In this document: positions 54,799 to 64,000 of the stretch, piece by piece | How the letters are laid out: every line of letters starts with the position of its first letter | How positions within the stretch are numbered: the first letter of the stretch is position 1 | Assembly: GCA_963844965.1 (NCBI GenBank) | Contig: CAWJQC010000007.1 | Coordinates: 64,001 to 128,000, forward strand | Direction of reading: 5' to 3' | DNA length: 64,000 nt | Source of the DNA: an uncultured bacterium | GTDB taxonomy: Bacteria; Patescibacteriota; Minisyncoccia; UBA6257; 2-01-FULL-56-20 | Notes under the pieces: model-generated | What the model saw: the letters and a program-made list of their open reading frames with translations, nothing else | Told to the model about the DNA's origin: nothing | Databases searched by the model: none | Translations under genes and position numbers: made by a program

Positions 54799-57700
54799 AT
54801 GCGAATAGCAAATAAGCTATCCGCGCACCAATCCCGCCTGGCGGGATGGTGCGGGATTTCGCTCCGCGGATCTACTCATTTGATAAAGCAAATGCGCGTT
54901 GGAAGCCGCGGAGCTCAACTTTTTGTTGTGTTGATTTTCTGTTTTGTTTTCCTGCCGTATCCCGGTGTCGTTTCGGCTTACGATAATTTGACGACACATC
55001 CGGCGCTCACGCAGGAGGTTGTTGATTTCTACAACAACGGCGGAAATTCCATAACGGCGGAGGAAAAAGAATGGATTATACAAGGGAGCGTTGAGGAAGA
55101 CACGCCGCCGAGGTGGCTGAACCATTTTTACGACCCGATAAGCGGGCAGGGTTGGACCGGCGAAAACACGGGAGAGTTGCCGTCAAGCTTTGTCTTGGAA
55201 TTTTCCGACCTATTTCTCGCGCCGGCAGACCCCGTCTCCGCCGTGCATTGGGTGAATGACGAGCTCACGCAATTGGAATACGGCCGCTATGGCGGCGACT
55301 GGACATGGAAACGCGGGCTCAGATATTTTGCCGACGGCGACAAGAAAGACGCCTATATTGCTTTGGGCCACACCCTGCATCTTTTGGAAGATATGGCCGT
55401 GCCGGAGCACACGAGGAACGATACGCACGTTGACCTGGGCGGCGTGGCGGGCGAATACGGTTCGCCGTACGAGGAATACGCGACCAAGTGGACGCGTACG
55501 ACGATTGGCGATTTGCACATTGTGGACGCGCTTCGCGCCGAGAACGCGACACCGCCCGCGAAAACATCAATTGAGGATTATTTGATTTCCGTCGCGCAAT
55601 ATTCCAATAAATATTTTTTCTCCAAGGATACGATTAACTCGGCGAAGTATTCTCTGCCGAAAATCGTCCGAGATGACGGGAATTTCGGATATGGAATTGA
55701 TGAAAATGAAACAGAGTTTCCGTTGGTAAAAGTTCATCAAACGAAAGATGCGAACAACAATATCCTTACGGGATATTCTATTGAGAACCTTCAAGATTAT
55801 CACCCTGTCCTTGATGCCTACTTTTCTCATCTCGCCCGGCAGGCGGTTCTGAACGGAGCGGGCGCGATAGCTTTATTCCAAAAGCAGGCGCAGGACGCCG
55901 TCGTCAACAAAGATTTCCAGTTCCAGACGGTGAACGAGGACGTGGTGAAGCCCGTCGTCTCCGGATTCTCTCTTTATGGTGAATTTGTGCAGGCGGCGAA
56001 TACGGTTGGAAGTTTCATCGGCAACGCTTTCTCCACGGTCGGCGGCTGGTTCGGCAGCGGCGGCGCGTTGATTGCCGACGCGTTCGGGACGATTACCGGC
56101 CCGAACGAGATAACGATTGTCCCTGAATTAACGACGTCGGACATCGTTAATTCGGGGAATAATGCAACATCAGGACATCCGACGTCCGAGAATTGCGTTA
56201 ATGTTGGGGACGTCGGATGTCCAAGCATTGGCGCGACAAATTCTACACAACATTCCAACATTCTTGAGAATGTTGGAATGTTGTCGTCCACCGTTGTCGG
56301 AGATGTTCCGGCTCAATCGTCGTCGCAGGAAGAACTCGCGGCCGCGCTTGGCAGGTTGGTTGAATTACTGCGGGGTCGGTTTGCGGCGAGTGTCGCGCCG
56401 ACATCCACCCAAATTGCGCCGGTTGCCGGCGGCGGTTCGGCGCTGCTTACCGCAAGCGGCGGCGGAAATTCTCCGGGCGGCGTGAGCATCGTGCTCGCGG
56501 ACGCGGGAGGAGCGTCAACGGCCGGATCGCAAACGGATTCAACGAGTTCCTCGCAGACGGATTCCACAAATTCCGCGAGTTCAACCGATTCACAGCAAGC
56601 CGGTTCCGGGCAGGCCTCCTCAACCGATTCGGGTCAAGCAACTTCAACCGATTCCTCCCAGCAAAATTCCAGCTCGGGAGAGACCACTTCCACCGGTTCA
56701 GGGATTGCCGTTTTGCTGGCCGACGTTCCCTCATCCATGTTTGCCCAGCGCGTTGATTCCACGGTATCAATTGGAAGCGATTACTCCGACAGCTGGTACG
56801 AGTTGGGAACTGGATTTTCCGGAACAATACACTCGCTCACGTTCTACGGATACGCCGATATCATCAGGCCGGATTTCGCCTCGCACATTTGGCTTGATGA
56901 GTTTAACGACCCGGGTTACGCAAGTTCCAGCAACCACTGGGTGATTTCCGATAACGCGCCGTTCGGCACGAGCGCCGGTTATGTCACGATTGGCGGCTTG
57001 AACATCACACTCTCGCCCGATAAATATTATCGCCTGGACACCTATCAGAGCGAGCAGAACAGAAATGTTTATCTCCTGGGCACGAGTTCCACGGGCACGG
57101 CGATGCGCAACTGGTTTTCCTATGGCACGGGGCGCGTGGAAGAACTTTATACTTTTTATCCGTACATCGTGGCGGATAAGCCGGTTCTAAATATTTCTTC
57201 ACTCGCGCAATATCAGCCGGACGGAACGACGGCGATCGGCGAAGGAGACGAGATAAGCGGGGACGCGGTTGCTCTCGGCGCGGTGCCGCAGTCATCGCCG
57301 GAGGGTCACCTGCAGCTGGAGGCACAAATGTTCACGACCGTGTCGCAGGGCGCGTGGTTCTCAAATCCTGTCGTTGACGCAGCCGGTTCTTTTGTTGCGT
57401 CCGGCGGCACGGCGACAGTTGCCGTAAAATTGCCGCGGAACGGATTTTACCATTGGCGCGCGAGGGCCGTGAATATTTGGGGCGACACTTCGGATTGGCT
57501 GGAGTTCGGAACACCGGGCAACACGGACTTCACGGCGCTTCACGTTTATCCAACACCGCCTCCGAGCCAGACGGTTTTTGATGCTTCTACAACATTGCCG
57601 ATGTCCGTCGGCTGCGAGAACGTGACAGGGGACGGGAGCGTGATAAGCAACGTCCGGGTTAAATACAAAACTGCAGATGCCGGCAACAATCCGCGTTTCA

Positions 57701-57990
57701 TAATAGAGACACCTCTTTATCCCGATGATTACAATAATTGCACGGGCAAGGATTCGCCGGCTTCCGCCGGCGCGGATAATCTCTACGACAGCGACTGGCA
57801 CGACATCAATTTCACTTTTCCGTCCACCACGCTTGAACTGGGAAAGCGTTATTTGTACCTTTTCATGTGCACGAACACTGGCTGTTATTTCGGCGGTTCC
57901 GCGTCCGATACTTATTCCGGCGGTAATTGGCTTTCCGGAAGCGGCATTGAGGACGCTTACTTCACGAGCGACGGCGTTGTCCAACAGTAG
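54799..57990 (+). CDS. 1063-aa secreted protein with an N-terminal zinc phospholipase C / P1-nuclease-like domain and long S/T-rich regions
   Basis: Signal anchor, then NHFYDP and LGHTLHLLEDMAVPEHT (PLC/P1 zinc ligands), then S/T/D/Q-rich low-complexity stretches. Confidence 0.55.
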   Translation: MRIANKLSAHQSRLAGWCGISLRGSTHLIKQMRVGSRGAQLFVVLIFCFVFLPYPGVVSAYDNLTTHPALTQEVVDFYNNGGNSITAEEKEWIIQGSVEEDTPPRWLNHFYDPISGQGWTGENTGELPSSFVLEFSDLFLAPADPVSAVHWVNDELTQLEYGRYGGDWTWKRGLRYFADGDKKDAYIALGHTLHLLEDMAVPEHTRNDTHVDLGGVAGEYGSPYEEYATKWTRTTIGDLHIVDALRAENATPPAKTSIEDYLISVAQYSNKYFFSKDTINSAKYSLPKIVRDDGNFGYGIDENETEFPLVKVHQTKDANNNILTGYSIENLQDYHPVLDAYFSHLARQAVLNGAGAIALFQKQAQDAVVNKDFQFQTVNEDVVKPVVSGFSLYGEFVQAANTVGSFIGNAFSTVGGWFGSGGALIADAFGTITGPNEITIVPELTTSDIVNSGNNATSGHPTSENCVNVGDVGCPSIGATNSTQHSNILENVGMLSSTVVGDVPAQSSSQEELAAALGRLVELLRGRFAASVAPTSTQIAPVAGGGSALLTASGGGNSPGGVSIVLADAGGASTAGSQTDSTSSSQTDSTNSASSTDSQQAGSGQASSTDSGQATSTDSSQQNSSSGETTSTGSGIAVLLADVPSSMFAQRVDSTVSIGSDYSDSWYELGTGFSGTIHSLTFYGYADIIRPDFASHIWLDEFNDPGYASSSNHWVISDNAPFGTSAGYVTIGGLNITLSPDKYYRLDTYQSEQNRNVYLLGTSSTGTAMRNWFSYGTGRVEELYTFYPYIVADKPVLNISSLAQYQPDGTTAIGEGDEISGDAVALGAVPQSSPEGHLQLEAQMFTTVSQGAWFSNPVVDAAGSFVASGGTATVAVKLPRNGFYHWRARAVNIWGDTSDWLEFGTPGNTDFTALHVYPTPPPSQTVFDASTTLPMSVGCENVTGDGSVISNVRVKYKTADAGNNPRFIIETPLYPDDYNNCTGKDSPASAGADNLYDSDWHDINFTFPSTTLELGKRYLYLFMCTNTGCYFGGSASDTYSGGNWLSGSGIEDAYFTSDGVVQQ

Positions 57991-58053
57991 GTTCATAATG
58001 TTCCAAACAAACGGTGTCCCGCGGGCACGAATTTTGGGGAACAGGCAAAGCGC

Positions 58054-58081
58054 TTGACGTTTTAATGGTTTTATGTATAAT
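58054..58081 (+). promoter_or_regulatory. Sigma70-like promoter (TTGACG-16 nt-TATAAT) upstream of the DksA-like gene
   Basis: TTGACG at 58054-58059 and TATAAT at 58076-58081, ~70 nt before the start codon. Confidence 0.5.
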
Positions 58082-58149
58082 GGGCAGTAGTACGACAGTT
58101 GTGAAGTAAGTAATCTTGCAAGCAATCTTCAGGTATAAGGAGGAAAAGG

Positions 58150-58533
58150 ATGACAGAAAGAGCGGATGTTAACGTTGTTAGAAAACGTTTGTTGGCCTTA
58201 TTGCCCAGGGTTAGCGCAGAGGTGGAAACTTTGCGCGAAACCGAGAAACTGAACTTGCTTGGATTTTTGGGTGATGACGCGCGGCTGGTTGTGGTCCAAG
58301 AGGAAACGACCGTGGCCGTTATCGGTGTGAAGGAAAATATAAGGCAAAACATCCTTTACGCCCTGCGGCGTCTCCGCGAAGGCCATTACCATTACGGGCA
58401 GTGCGAAGATTGCGGCGCCGAAATTCCGCAGGTGCCGCGCCTGGAAAGCGTTCCTTGGGCAACCCGTTGTGTGAGTTGCCAGGAATATTTTGAAACGTTC
58501 GGCGAACCACGAGTGCTTGCCCGGGCTGCGTAG
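58150..58533 (+). CDS. DksA/TraR-family C4 zinc-finger protein
   Basis: C-terminal CEDCGAEIP...RCVSCQ four-Cys finger after a coiled-coil N-terminus. Confidence 0.7.
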   Translation: MTERADVNVVRKRLLALLPRVSAEVETLRETEKLNLLGFLGDDARLVVVQEETTVAVIGVKENIRQNILYALRRLREGHYHYGQCEDCGAEIPQVPRLESVPWATRCVSCQEYFETFGEPRVLARAA

Positions 58534-58551
58534 GGCGCGGCAATCGCGGAC

Positions 58552-58583
58552 GTATCCTTGTGAGGCCTTTTTGTGCAAGGCCT
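58552..58583 (+). terminator. Intrinsic terminator
   Basis: GAGGCCT-N9-AGGCCTC followed by TTTTGTTTT. Confidence 0.75.
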
Positions 58584-58670
58584 CTTTTGTTTTCGGGAAA
58601 TAAAAATCCGAGCTTCTGGCTCGGTTTTTTGGTCTTAGTAATTGCTGTGTTGGAATTGCGGTTCGTGCTC

Positions 58671-59189
58671 TCAGCTCAGGCCTTTCGGAATTTTGTTCGT
58701 GTCAATGTTTCGTAAGAACTCCAATGCTTGCGCGTCGCTCATCCGCTCCGTTTTGTGCTCGCTTTGAAGACCCTGCTTCATTTTTTCAAGGACGCTTTCT
58801 TCTATATAGATAGGGCGAGTTGCGAGTACCGCTAAAACTATGGCTTCGTCAGGTGACGAATCAATTTTTATCACTTCGTTGCCGCGTTCTATGAATATCA
58901 GCGCTTGGAAGGCGTCACCTTGGCAATCGCTCACAACTACTTTCTGAACATGTCCGCCGAGCGCGTCAATGCAGTTGCTCAACGTCGCGTACACTTTGGA
59001 GCGCGGCGTCGGTATATTATCTCCGGCTCCCTTTGCCGCTAATATTGAAAGTACGGCTTCGGAGTCAATATTAAGACAGTAAAGGTCGGCTGGACCAGTT
59101 ATCTTCTGGCCTGACCTATGGAAGAATACCATTGATATCGGCAATTGTTCGGCCGCTATCACGCTTAAGACCTTAACCTCAACTTCCAT
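58671..59189 (-). CDS. Bifunctional nuclease (BFN/DUF151) family protein
   Basis: Pattern ...ALGGHVQKVVVSDCQGDAFQALIFIERGNEVIKIDSSPDEAIVLAV... matches the BFN domain. Confidence 0.6.
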   Translation of the reverse strand: MEVEVKVLSVIAAEQLPISMVFFHRSGQKITGPADLYCLNIDSEAVLSILAAKGAGDNIPTPRSKVYATLSNCIDALGGHVQKVVVSDCQGDAFQALIFIERGNEVIKIDSSPDEAIVLAVLATRPIYIEESVLEKMKQGLQSEHKTERMSDAQALEFLRNIDTNKIPKGLS

Positions 59190-59330
59190 CGTTTATCTCC
59201 TTTTGTCGTTGTCGGACAACTGTCAGTATAATAGCTGTTCTTCAATTCAAGTCAAGTGTGAGGGGCGCGGTCTGCGCGGAAACAAAAAGCCCCGCTCCGA
59301 CCGTGGTCGGAGCGGGATAGCCAAAGGATG

Positions 59331-59729
59331 TTATAAACTTCTCCGAACGAGGATTTTCTCCACCTGTTTCCTTAGCTCGGGATCATGTCCCTTGAGCCCG
59401 CGGGAGGCATCCATCAATTTGGTCGCCTCATCGTGGGGAAGGCCAATATCTTTGGCCGCAAGAGCCCATTGTTCAGGAGGATGATATTTTCCCTTGATGG
59501 CGTAGCACACCGCCGTAATCGGGCACAATTCACCTTCCAGGCTTTGAGCGTGTATGTGTCCATTCTCACCAATTTTCCAGTTGTAGCAATCGTGACACGC
59601 CGCGGCAAATCGCAGAACTTCTTTAGCGTTTATCATTCGTTGCTGTTCCACCCCCCCTCCTTTTGAAGCGTCATAGAATTGAACTTCGGTGAACTGTAAG
59701 CGATAATAGCATTCTACTTCTGAAGACAC
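59331..59729 (-). CDS. Hypothetical Cys/His-containing protein
   Basis: ORF only; no recognisable domain. Confidence 0.35.
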   Translation of the reverse strand: MSSEVECYYRLQFTEVQFYDASKGGGVEQQRMINAKEVLRFAAACHDCYNWKIGENGHIHAQSLEGELCPITAVCYAIKGKYHPPEQWALAAKDIGLPHDEATKLMDASRGLKGHDPELRKQVEKILVRRSL

Positions 59730-60225
59730 AAGGAAGCCGCGCCGAATTCTCTCCGTGTTGCCCGGAAATTATTGAACGCCCGCGGCATTTGACTTTTTAT
59801 GGGCTGGGAGTATTATTGTATGTGGTTCTACATTCCGGCGGAACCGATGTTCCGTCGCTGTCCCTGATAATCATTACGCCCGGTTGGCTGAAAGAGGCGG
59901 TTCGTCGCTCATTCTCCGCTCGAAACGCGGAGGAGCCGATGAAAATCGGATGCGTGAAGAGTACTGCCATCTAAGCGGTAAAACGTTGTGGCAGGAAAGT
60001 AGCGCTTTGACGAGGGCTGTCAACCCCACCGATTCGGCTTTTGAGGACGCGTTGCTTCTTTCTGGGAAGAAAGGAGGGCTAAAGACTCCCGAAAATGTTG
60101 CGATTGCGTTTTTCTTCGGTTTTTTTCGCGGTCCGGATGCGCGGCGACTATGTTCTGTCGCCGCGCATTCCCCCCTACCTAAATTCGTTACGTCGTAGTG
60201 GGTTTAGGCAGAGGAATAGGAAAAT

Positions 60226-60702
60226 ATGTCCGAGGTAGTCGTGGTTCTGCATAATATAAGAAGCTTGCACAACGTCGGTTCTATTTTCCGTACGGCGGAT
60301 GCCGCCGGCGTCTCCAAGATTTATTTGTGCGGTATAACGCCGGCGCTAATTGACCGGTTCGGAAAAATCCGCCCGCAGTTCGCGAAGGTTTCGCTGGGCG
60401 CGGAGAAATACGTGGAATGGGAAAAGGTTAATGCGACAAGCGCCTGTTTGAGAAAATTGAAAAAAGATAACTATAAAGTTTTTGCCGTTGAGCAATCAAA
60501 AAAATCAATTCCGTATTACAAATTGAAAATTGAAAATTTAAAATTGAAAATTGCTTTAGTGCTTGGCAACGAGGTCAATGGCCTGCCGCCGTCGGTTTTG
60601 AAACTTGCCGATAAAATTCTGGAGATTCCCATGGGGGGCGGGAAAGAATCGCTTAATGTGAGCGTGGCCGCCGGCGTTGTGCTTTTTGGGATTCAATACT
60701 AA
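60226..60702 (+). CDS. SpoU/TrmH-family RNA 2'-O-methyltransferase
   Basis: LVLGNEVNGL and SLNVSVAAGVVLF SPOUT motifs. Confidence 0.8.
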   Translation: MSEVVVVLHNIRSLHNVGSIFRTADAAGVSKIYLCGITPALIDRFGKIRPQFAKVSLGAEKYVEWEKVNATSACLRKLKKDNYKVFAVEQSKKSIPYYKLKIENLKLKIALVLGNEVNGLPPSVLKLADKILEIPMGGGKESLNVSVAAGVVLFGIQY

Positions 60703-60920
60703 AATTTCCGTCATACCCAGTAGGAAAATTTCGAATTGGCATCCCATATATTGCCCACCCATGAACATTCCCACTATCAACATAATAGGAACGAATCAAC
60801 GGCTTAGTCGAAAAAGCCGAAGAACTATTATAATGTGAAATTCTCCGGCAGAAGAGCAAAGCTCTCTACCGGACTTTAATCCCGTAGACAGCTTCGCTGT
60901 TCTACGGGGCTCTACTAGGT

Positions 60921-62156
60921 ATGGACAACGATAAAAAAATTTTCGGCGTCACGCGCAACGTATTTTTTCTGGGGCTCGTAAGTTTTTTCAACGACTTTTC
61001 CGCAGAGATGGTGCAGTCGGTGATGCCGGTTTTCATCACCAGCGTTCTGGGCGCGCCGGCTTTTTTTGTCGGCCTCATTGAAGGAGTGGCGGACGCCTTA
61101 TCAAGCGTGCTTAAGGTTTTTTCCGGCTGGTTTTCCGACAAAATAGGCCGGCGCAAGTTGCCGACCGTCCTGGGCTATGTGCTCTCGGTCGCCACGCGGC
61201 CGTTCCTAGCGCTGGTTTCCGGTTTTTGGCAGGTGTTTGAGCTTCGCGTCGTTGACCGCATCGGCAAGGGATTCCGCGACTCGCCGCGCGACGCCCTGAT
61301 TTCCGAATCCGTGGACAAAGCGGAGCTCGGAAAATCTTTCGGTTTTCACCGCTCGCTTGATACGCTCGGCGCGACGTTCGGTCCGCTTCTCGCGCTCGTG
61401 CTCCTGCCCCTGCTTCACGACAACTACCGCCATCTTTTTCTGATCGCCTTCGTGATAGGCGTAGGCGCGATTTTCAGTTTTATTTTCGTGAAAGAAAAGT
61501 CCCGACCCAGAGTCGGGACTCCGACCGAAGCGTCGGAGAAAGGAAAACCTCCGGCGGCGGAAGCGGTTAAGGCAAGGCCGAAGCTTAATTTTCAGCTCCT
61601 GCGAAATAACAAGAAATTTGCCCTCGCGGTTTTTTCTTTGTTTGTTTTCGGTCTCGGTACCCTGCCTATACTTTTGGTATTGCTGAAGGCAAAAGAGGCC
61701 GGCTTTCCCGGCGATATGGTACCGCTCATGTATTTTATATACAGTTTGACCTTTGTCCTGACCGCGGTTCCCTTGGGGCGGCTATCGGACAGAGTAGGTG
61801 AGCGCTATGTCATCGCCGGCGGGTTCTTGGCGGCGGCGCTCGCTTATTTCGGATTGGCAATGACCGCGAATCGGCTCGCTGTCATCGCGCTGTTCGTAGT
61901 CCTCGGGCTTTATTCCGCGGCAACTGACGGAATTGAGCGCGCGCTCGCGGCGAAGAATTTGGCGCCGGAAATTTTGGCGACGGGCCAGGGATTTTTGAAT
62001 ATGGCCATCGGTTTTTCATCTTTGTTCGCGGGAATTGTGGGTGGTCTTCTTTGGACGAACATCGGCTCTTCGGCGGCGCTCGTTTACGCCGGTGCATTCT
62101 CGGTGGTTGGCCTCATTTTCTTTCTCGTGATGACCCGCTCCAAGAGATATTCATAA
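60921..62156 (+). CDS. MFS transporter
   Basis: Twelve predicted transmembrane helices and an MFS loop motif GRLSDRVGER. Confidence 0.8.
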   Translation: MDNDKKIFGVTRNVFFLGLVSFFNDFSAEMVQSVMPVFITSVLGAPAFFVGLIEGVADALSSVLKVFSGWFSDKIGRRKLPTVLGYVLSVATRPFLALVSGFWQVFELRVVDRIGKGFRDSPRDALISESVDKAELGKSFGFHRSLDTLGATFGPLLALVLLPLLHDNYRHLFLIAFVIGVGAIFSFIFVKEKSRPRVGTPTEASEKGKPPAAEAVKARPKLNFQLLRNNKKFALAVFSLFVFGLGTLPILLVLLKAKEAGFPGDMVPLMYFIYSLTFVLTAVPLGRLSDRVGERYVIAGGFLAAALAYFGLAMTANRLAVIALFVVLGLYSAATDGIERALAAKNLAPEILATGQGFLNMAIGFSSLFAGIVGGLLWTNIGSSAALVYAGAFSVVGLIFFLVMTRSKRYS

Positions 62157-62211
62157 TGCGGAATTTTTCCGGTTTTTATTTTTCCCCGGCGCCGTATATA
62201 CTTAATACAAC

Positions 62212-62724
62212 TTGGTTGGGCAAATGACCAAAAACGTGTTTATAATCGCTGTTTTATTTGTGGTTTTGGCCGCGGTCGTTTTTGGTTACTACTTTTTGGG
62301 AATGCAAAACCCCGCGCTTCGCAAGGCTCAGGTTACGATTGGCACAAAAACTTTCCAGGTTGAAGTTGCCTCCACGACGCTTGAGCGTGCGCGCGGACTT
62401 TCGGGGCGCGACAGTTTGGCCGAGGACAGCGGAATGTTCTTCATTTTTGATGCGCCGTCCGATTACGGTTTCTGGATGAAGGATATGAAATTTCCTATAG
62501 ACATAATTTGGATAAAAGGTTCACCCTCCCAAATTTTGCCGGGCAAAACCTGGGAGGGCAAGGTGGCCGGCTTCGCGGAAAACGCCGCACCGGAACCTAG
62601 CAAGTCGGTTTGGGATTTGAAGATATATTATCCGCCGGAACCGGTTGACCGTGTGCTGGAAGTGAACGCCGGCGATGTCGCGAAATACGGCATAAAAGTC
62701 GGCGATAAAGTGTCGGCTCAGTAA
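62212..62724 (+). CDS. DUF192-domain protein
   Basis: RARGLSGRDSL...GMFFIF...FWMKDMKFPIDIIWI matches the DUF192 (COG1430) pattern. Confidence 0.65.
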   Translation: MVGQMTKNVFIIAVLFVVLAAVVFGYYFLGMQNPALRKAQVTIGTKTFQVEVASTTLERARGLSGRDSLAEDSGMFFIFDAPSDYGFWMKDMKFPIDIIWIKGSPSQILPGKTWEGKVAGFAENAAPEPSKSVWDLKIYYPPEPVDRVLEVNAGDVAKYGIKVGDKVSAQ

Positions 62725-62806
62725 TTGAGAACTGTCGGTTGCCGTTGGTATTGCGACCGGGCGTTTATTGGTATAGAATGGCTTCGGAAGAAATTTTGAA
62801 AAGGAG

Positions 62807-63541
62807 ATGACTAATATGGGAGAACTTGGCTGCTGTGTTGACCTTACTTGCCTTAAATCGTGGGCGACGCTGGGTGATTATGAAAAGCTGTGCCTGGATG
62901 CGATCGCTAACCGGGAAATTGTCCGCGCGGTTTGCATACCGCCCGTCTTGGAGATAATTTCTTATTGCAAGGGTTTCTCGCCGTCGATGGTGCCGATATG
63001 CGCGGTTGTGGACTTCCCGGAGGGATGGAGCGGTTTGGCTAAGATCTCCGAGGCACAAATTATGAAAGAAACGGGCGTCAACGAGGTTGATACGGTATTG
63101 AATGCCAGATTGATCATGTCCGCGGTGAAACACCCGGAGATGAAAGAGACATTCTACGATTTATTGGTTGCAGAGCTGAAGTCCGTTACGAGCAAATTTC
63201 CCGGACGGACCAAGGTTATCCTTGAAACCGGCCACGAGTTTTGGACCAAAGAGCTGATTCAGGAAGCGGTTCGGCTTGTCGGGAGGGCCGGAGTGTTCTG
63301 CGTCAAAACCAGCACCGGAGTTATTGATAATATCCCTCGCGCCGGAATACCGCTAGAGGTGAAAGTTCAGCACGTTGCCTGGATGTGGGAAGCTATCACA
63401 AGAGACAATTTGGGTCTTGCGATAAAGGTTGCCGGCGGCATAAAGACCATGAAAGACGCACGACTTTTTATGGATCTTGGCATTCCGCCGGAGAAACTTA
63501 TCTTCGGCGCCTCGGAAAAGTTCTGGGAGAAAGAAGAATAG
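62807..63541 (+). CDS. deoC: Deoxyribose-phosphate aldolase-like (DeoC family)
   Basis: CVKTSTGV Schiff-base lysine segment and an AGGIKT motif. Confidence 0.65.
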   Translation: MTNMGELGCCVDLTCLKSWATLGDYEKLCLDAIANREIVRAVCIPPVLEIISYCKGFSPSMVPICAVVDFPEGWSGLAKISEAQIMKETGVNEVDTVLNARLIMSAVKHPEMKETFYDLLVAELKSVTSKFPGRTKVILETGHEFWTKELIQEAVRLVGRAGVFCVKTSTGVIDNIPRAGIPLEVKVQHVAWMWEAITRDNLGLAIKVAGGIKTMKDARLFMDLGIPPEKLIFGASEKFWEKEE

Positions 63542-63656
63542 TTCATTATTGCAATAAGTTGTTATTGCAGCCGCCCCGGTTTGGACTTGGGCGGTTTTTT
63601 ATTTGGATTGCATTAATTTTTTAAAAGATGTAATATAAGCATAGCGCAATGTTTTT

Positions 63657-64000
63657 ATGAGGAGGCGGGAATGTTGTTTGCGGAACGAGAAGACGAAGAA
63701 TGTCACAAAAATTTATAAAGAAACGGAAAAGGAAGCGATTGCCTGGGGGCCGGTGAAATTTACCAAGGAAGAAGGCGACAGCTGGCGCATAAGTTTTAAG
63801 GCGCAATGGCAGGGGATGGAGCTGGTTCTCGAAAAACGGCATTCTATCGAATATGGTGGAAATGTTTCGAGAGATATTTGTTCTTTGACCGTCAGCAAGA
63901 ATGGCAAGAAGGAATTTTCGGCAGGTTATTCCACGGACGAAGATTACGTAGAGACGCTTGGCGCGACCGGCGTTCCGACTCTTGGATTACTCACGAGGCA
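63657..64000 (+). CDS. Hypothetical protein, 3' end outside the window
   Basis: Open frame from the ATG at 63657 (MRRRECCLRNEKTKNVTKIYKETEKEAIAWGPVKF...) to the window edge. Not in the ORF track because no stop codon is reached. Confidence 0.35.
   Translation, partial: MRRRECCLRNEKTKNVTKIYKETEKEAIAWGPVKFTKEEGDSWRISFKAQWQGMELVLEKRHSIEYGGNVSRDICSLTVSKNGKKEFSAGYSTDEDYVETLGATGVPTLGLLTR

Overview
This window looks like a piece of a small bacterial chromosome, possibly from a Candidate Phyla Radiation / Patescibacteria-type lineage. That lineage call is an inference from lamin-tail-domain (LTD) proteins, a glycine-rich RNA-recognition-motif (RRM) protein, many small secreted or membrane proteins of unknown function, weak Shine-Dalgarno use, and no outer-membrane genes. 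All domain calls below were made by eye from the ORF translations, with no database search.

Layout of the window:
- 1-8 kb: conserved housekeeping cluster (aaRS C-terminus, HIT hydrolase, S21, YqeY, YbeY, FtsA, FtsZ, RmuC, RRM protein, NUDIX hydrolase).
- 8-19 kb: cell-envelope block (a surface protein with a peptidoglycan-binding domain, a MacAB-like tripartite ABC efflux system, an ECF sigma / anti-sigma pair, TspO, and a P-type ATPase). Three genes here carry apparent frameshifts.
- 19.9-28 kb: accessory region. Two ~65-bp direct repeats bracket a locus encoding a cysteine-rich repeat protein. Two identical IS3-family copies in inverted orientation flank a C-terminally truncated Type III Res-like SF2 helicase. 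A tRNA-Asn lies next to one IS end.
- 28-37 kb: class II ribonucleotide reductase (NrdJ), an LTD surface protein, and ABC transporter genes.
- 37-54.7 kb: mobile/defence island.
  - A ClpP-fold serine protease with a translationally coupled unknown partner.
  - A DNA methyltransferase-Mrr endonuclease fusion split in frame by an IS200/IS605 insertion.
  - A NYN protein and a Cas4-like nuclease.
  - A GC-rich DUF559 endonuclease-like gene.
  - An excisionase-family HTH gene embedded in an array of six perfect 16-bp palindromes (GTTAACAATTGTTAAC), the later copies set in ~100-130-bp degenerate tandem repeats.
  - A RhuM-Fic/Doc gene and a PD-(D/E)xK restriction endonuclease, each preceded by an identical ~30-bp motif.
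  - A convergent LexA (S24 peptidase)-DNA methyltransferase fusion.
- 54.8-64 kb: a 1063-aa secreted protein with a phospholipase C / P1-nuclease-like N-terminus, a DksA-like protein, a bifunctional nuclease, SpoU, an MFS transporter, DUF192 and DeoC.
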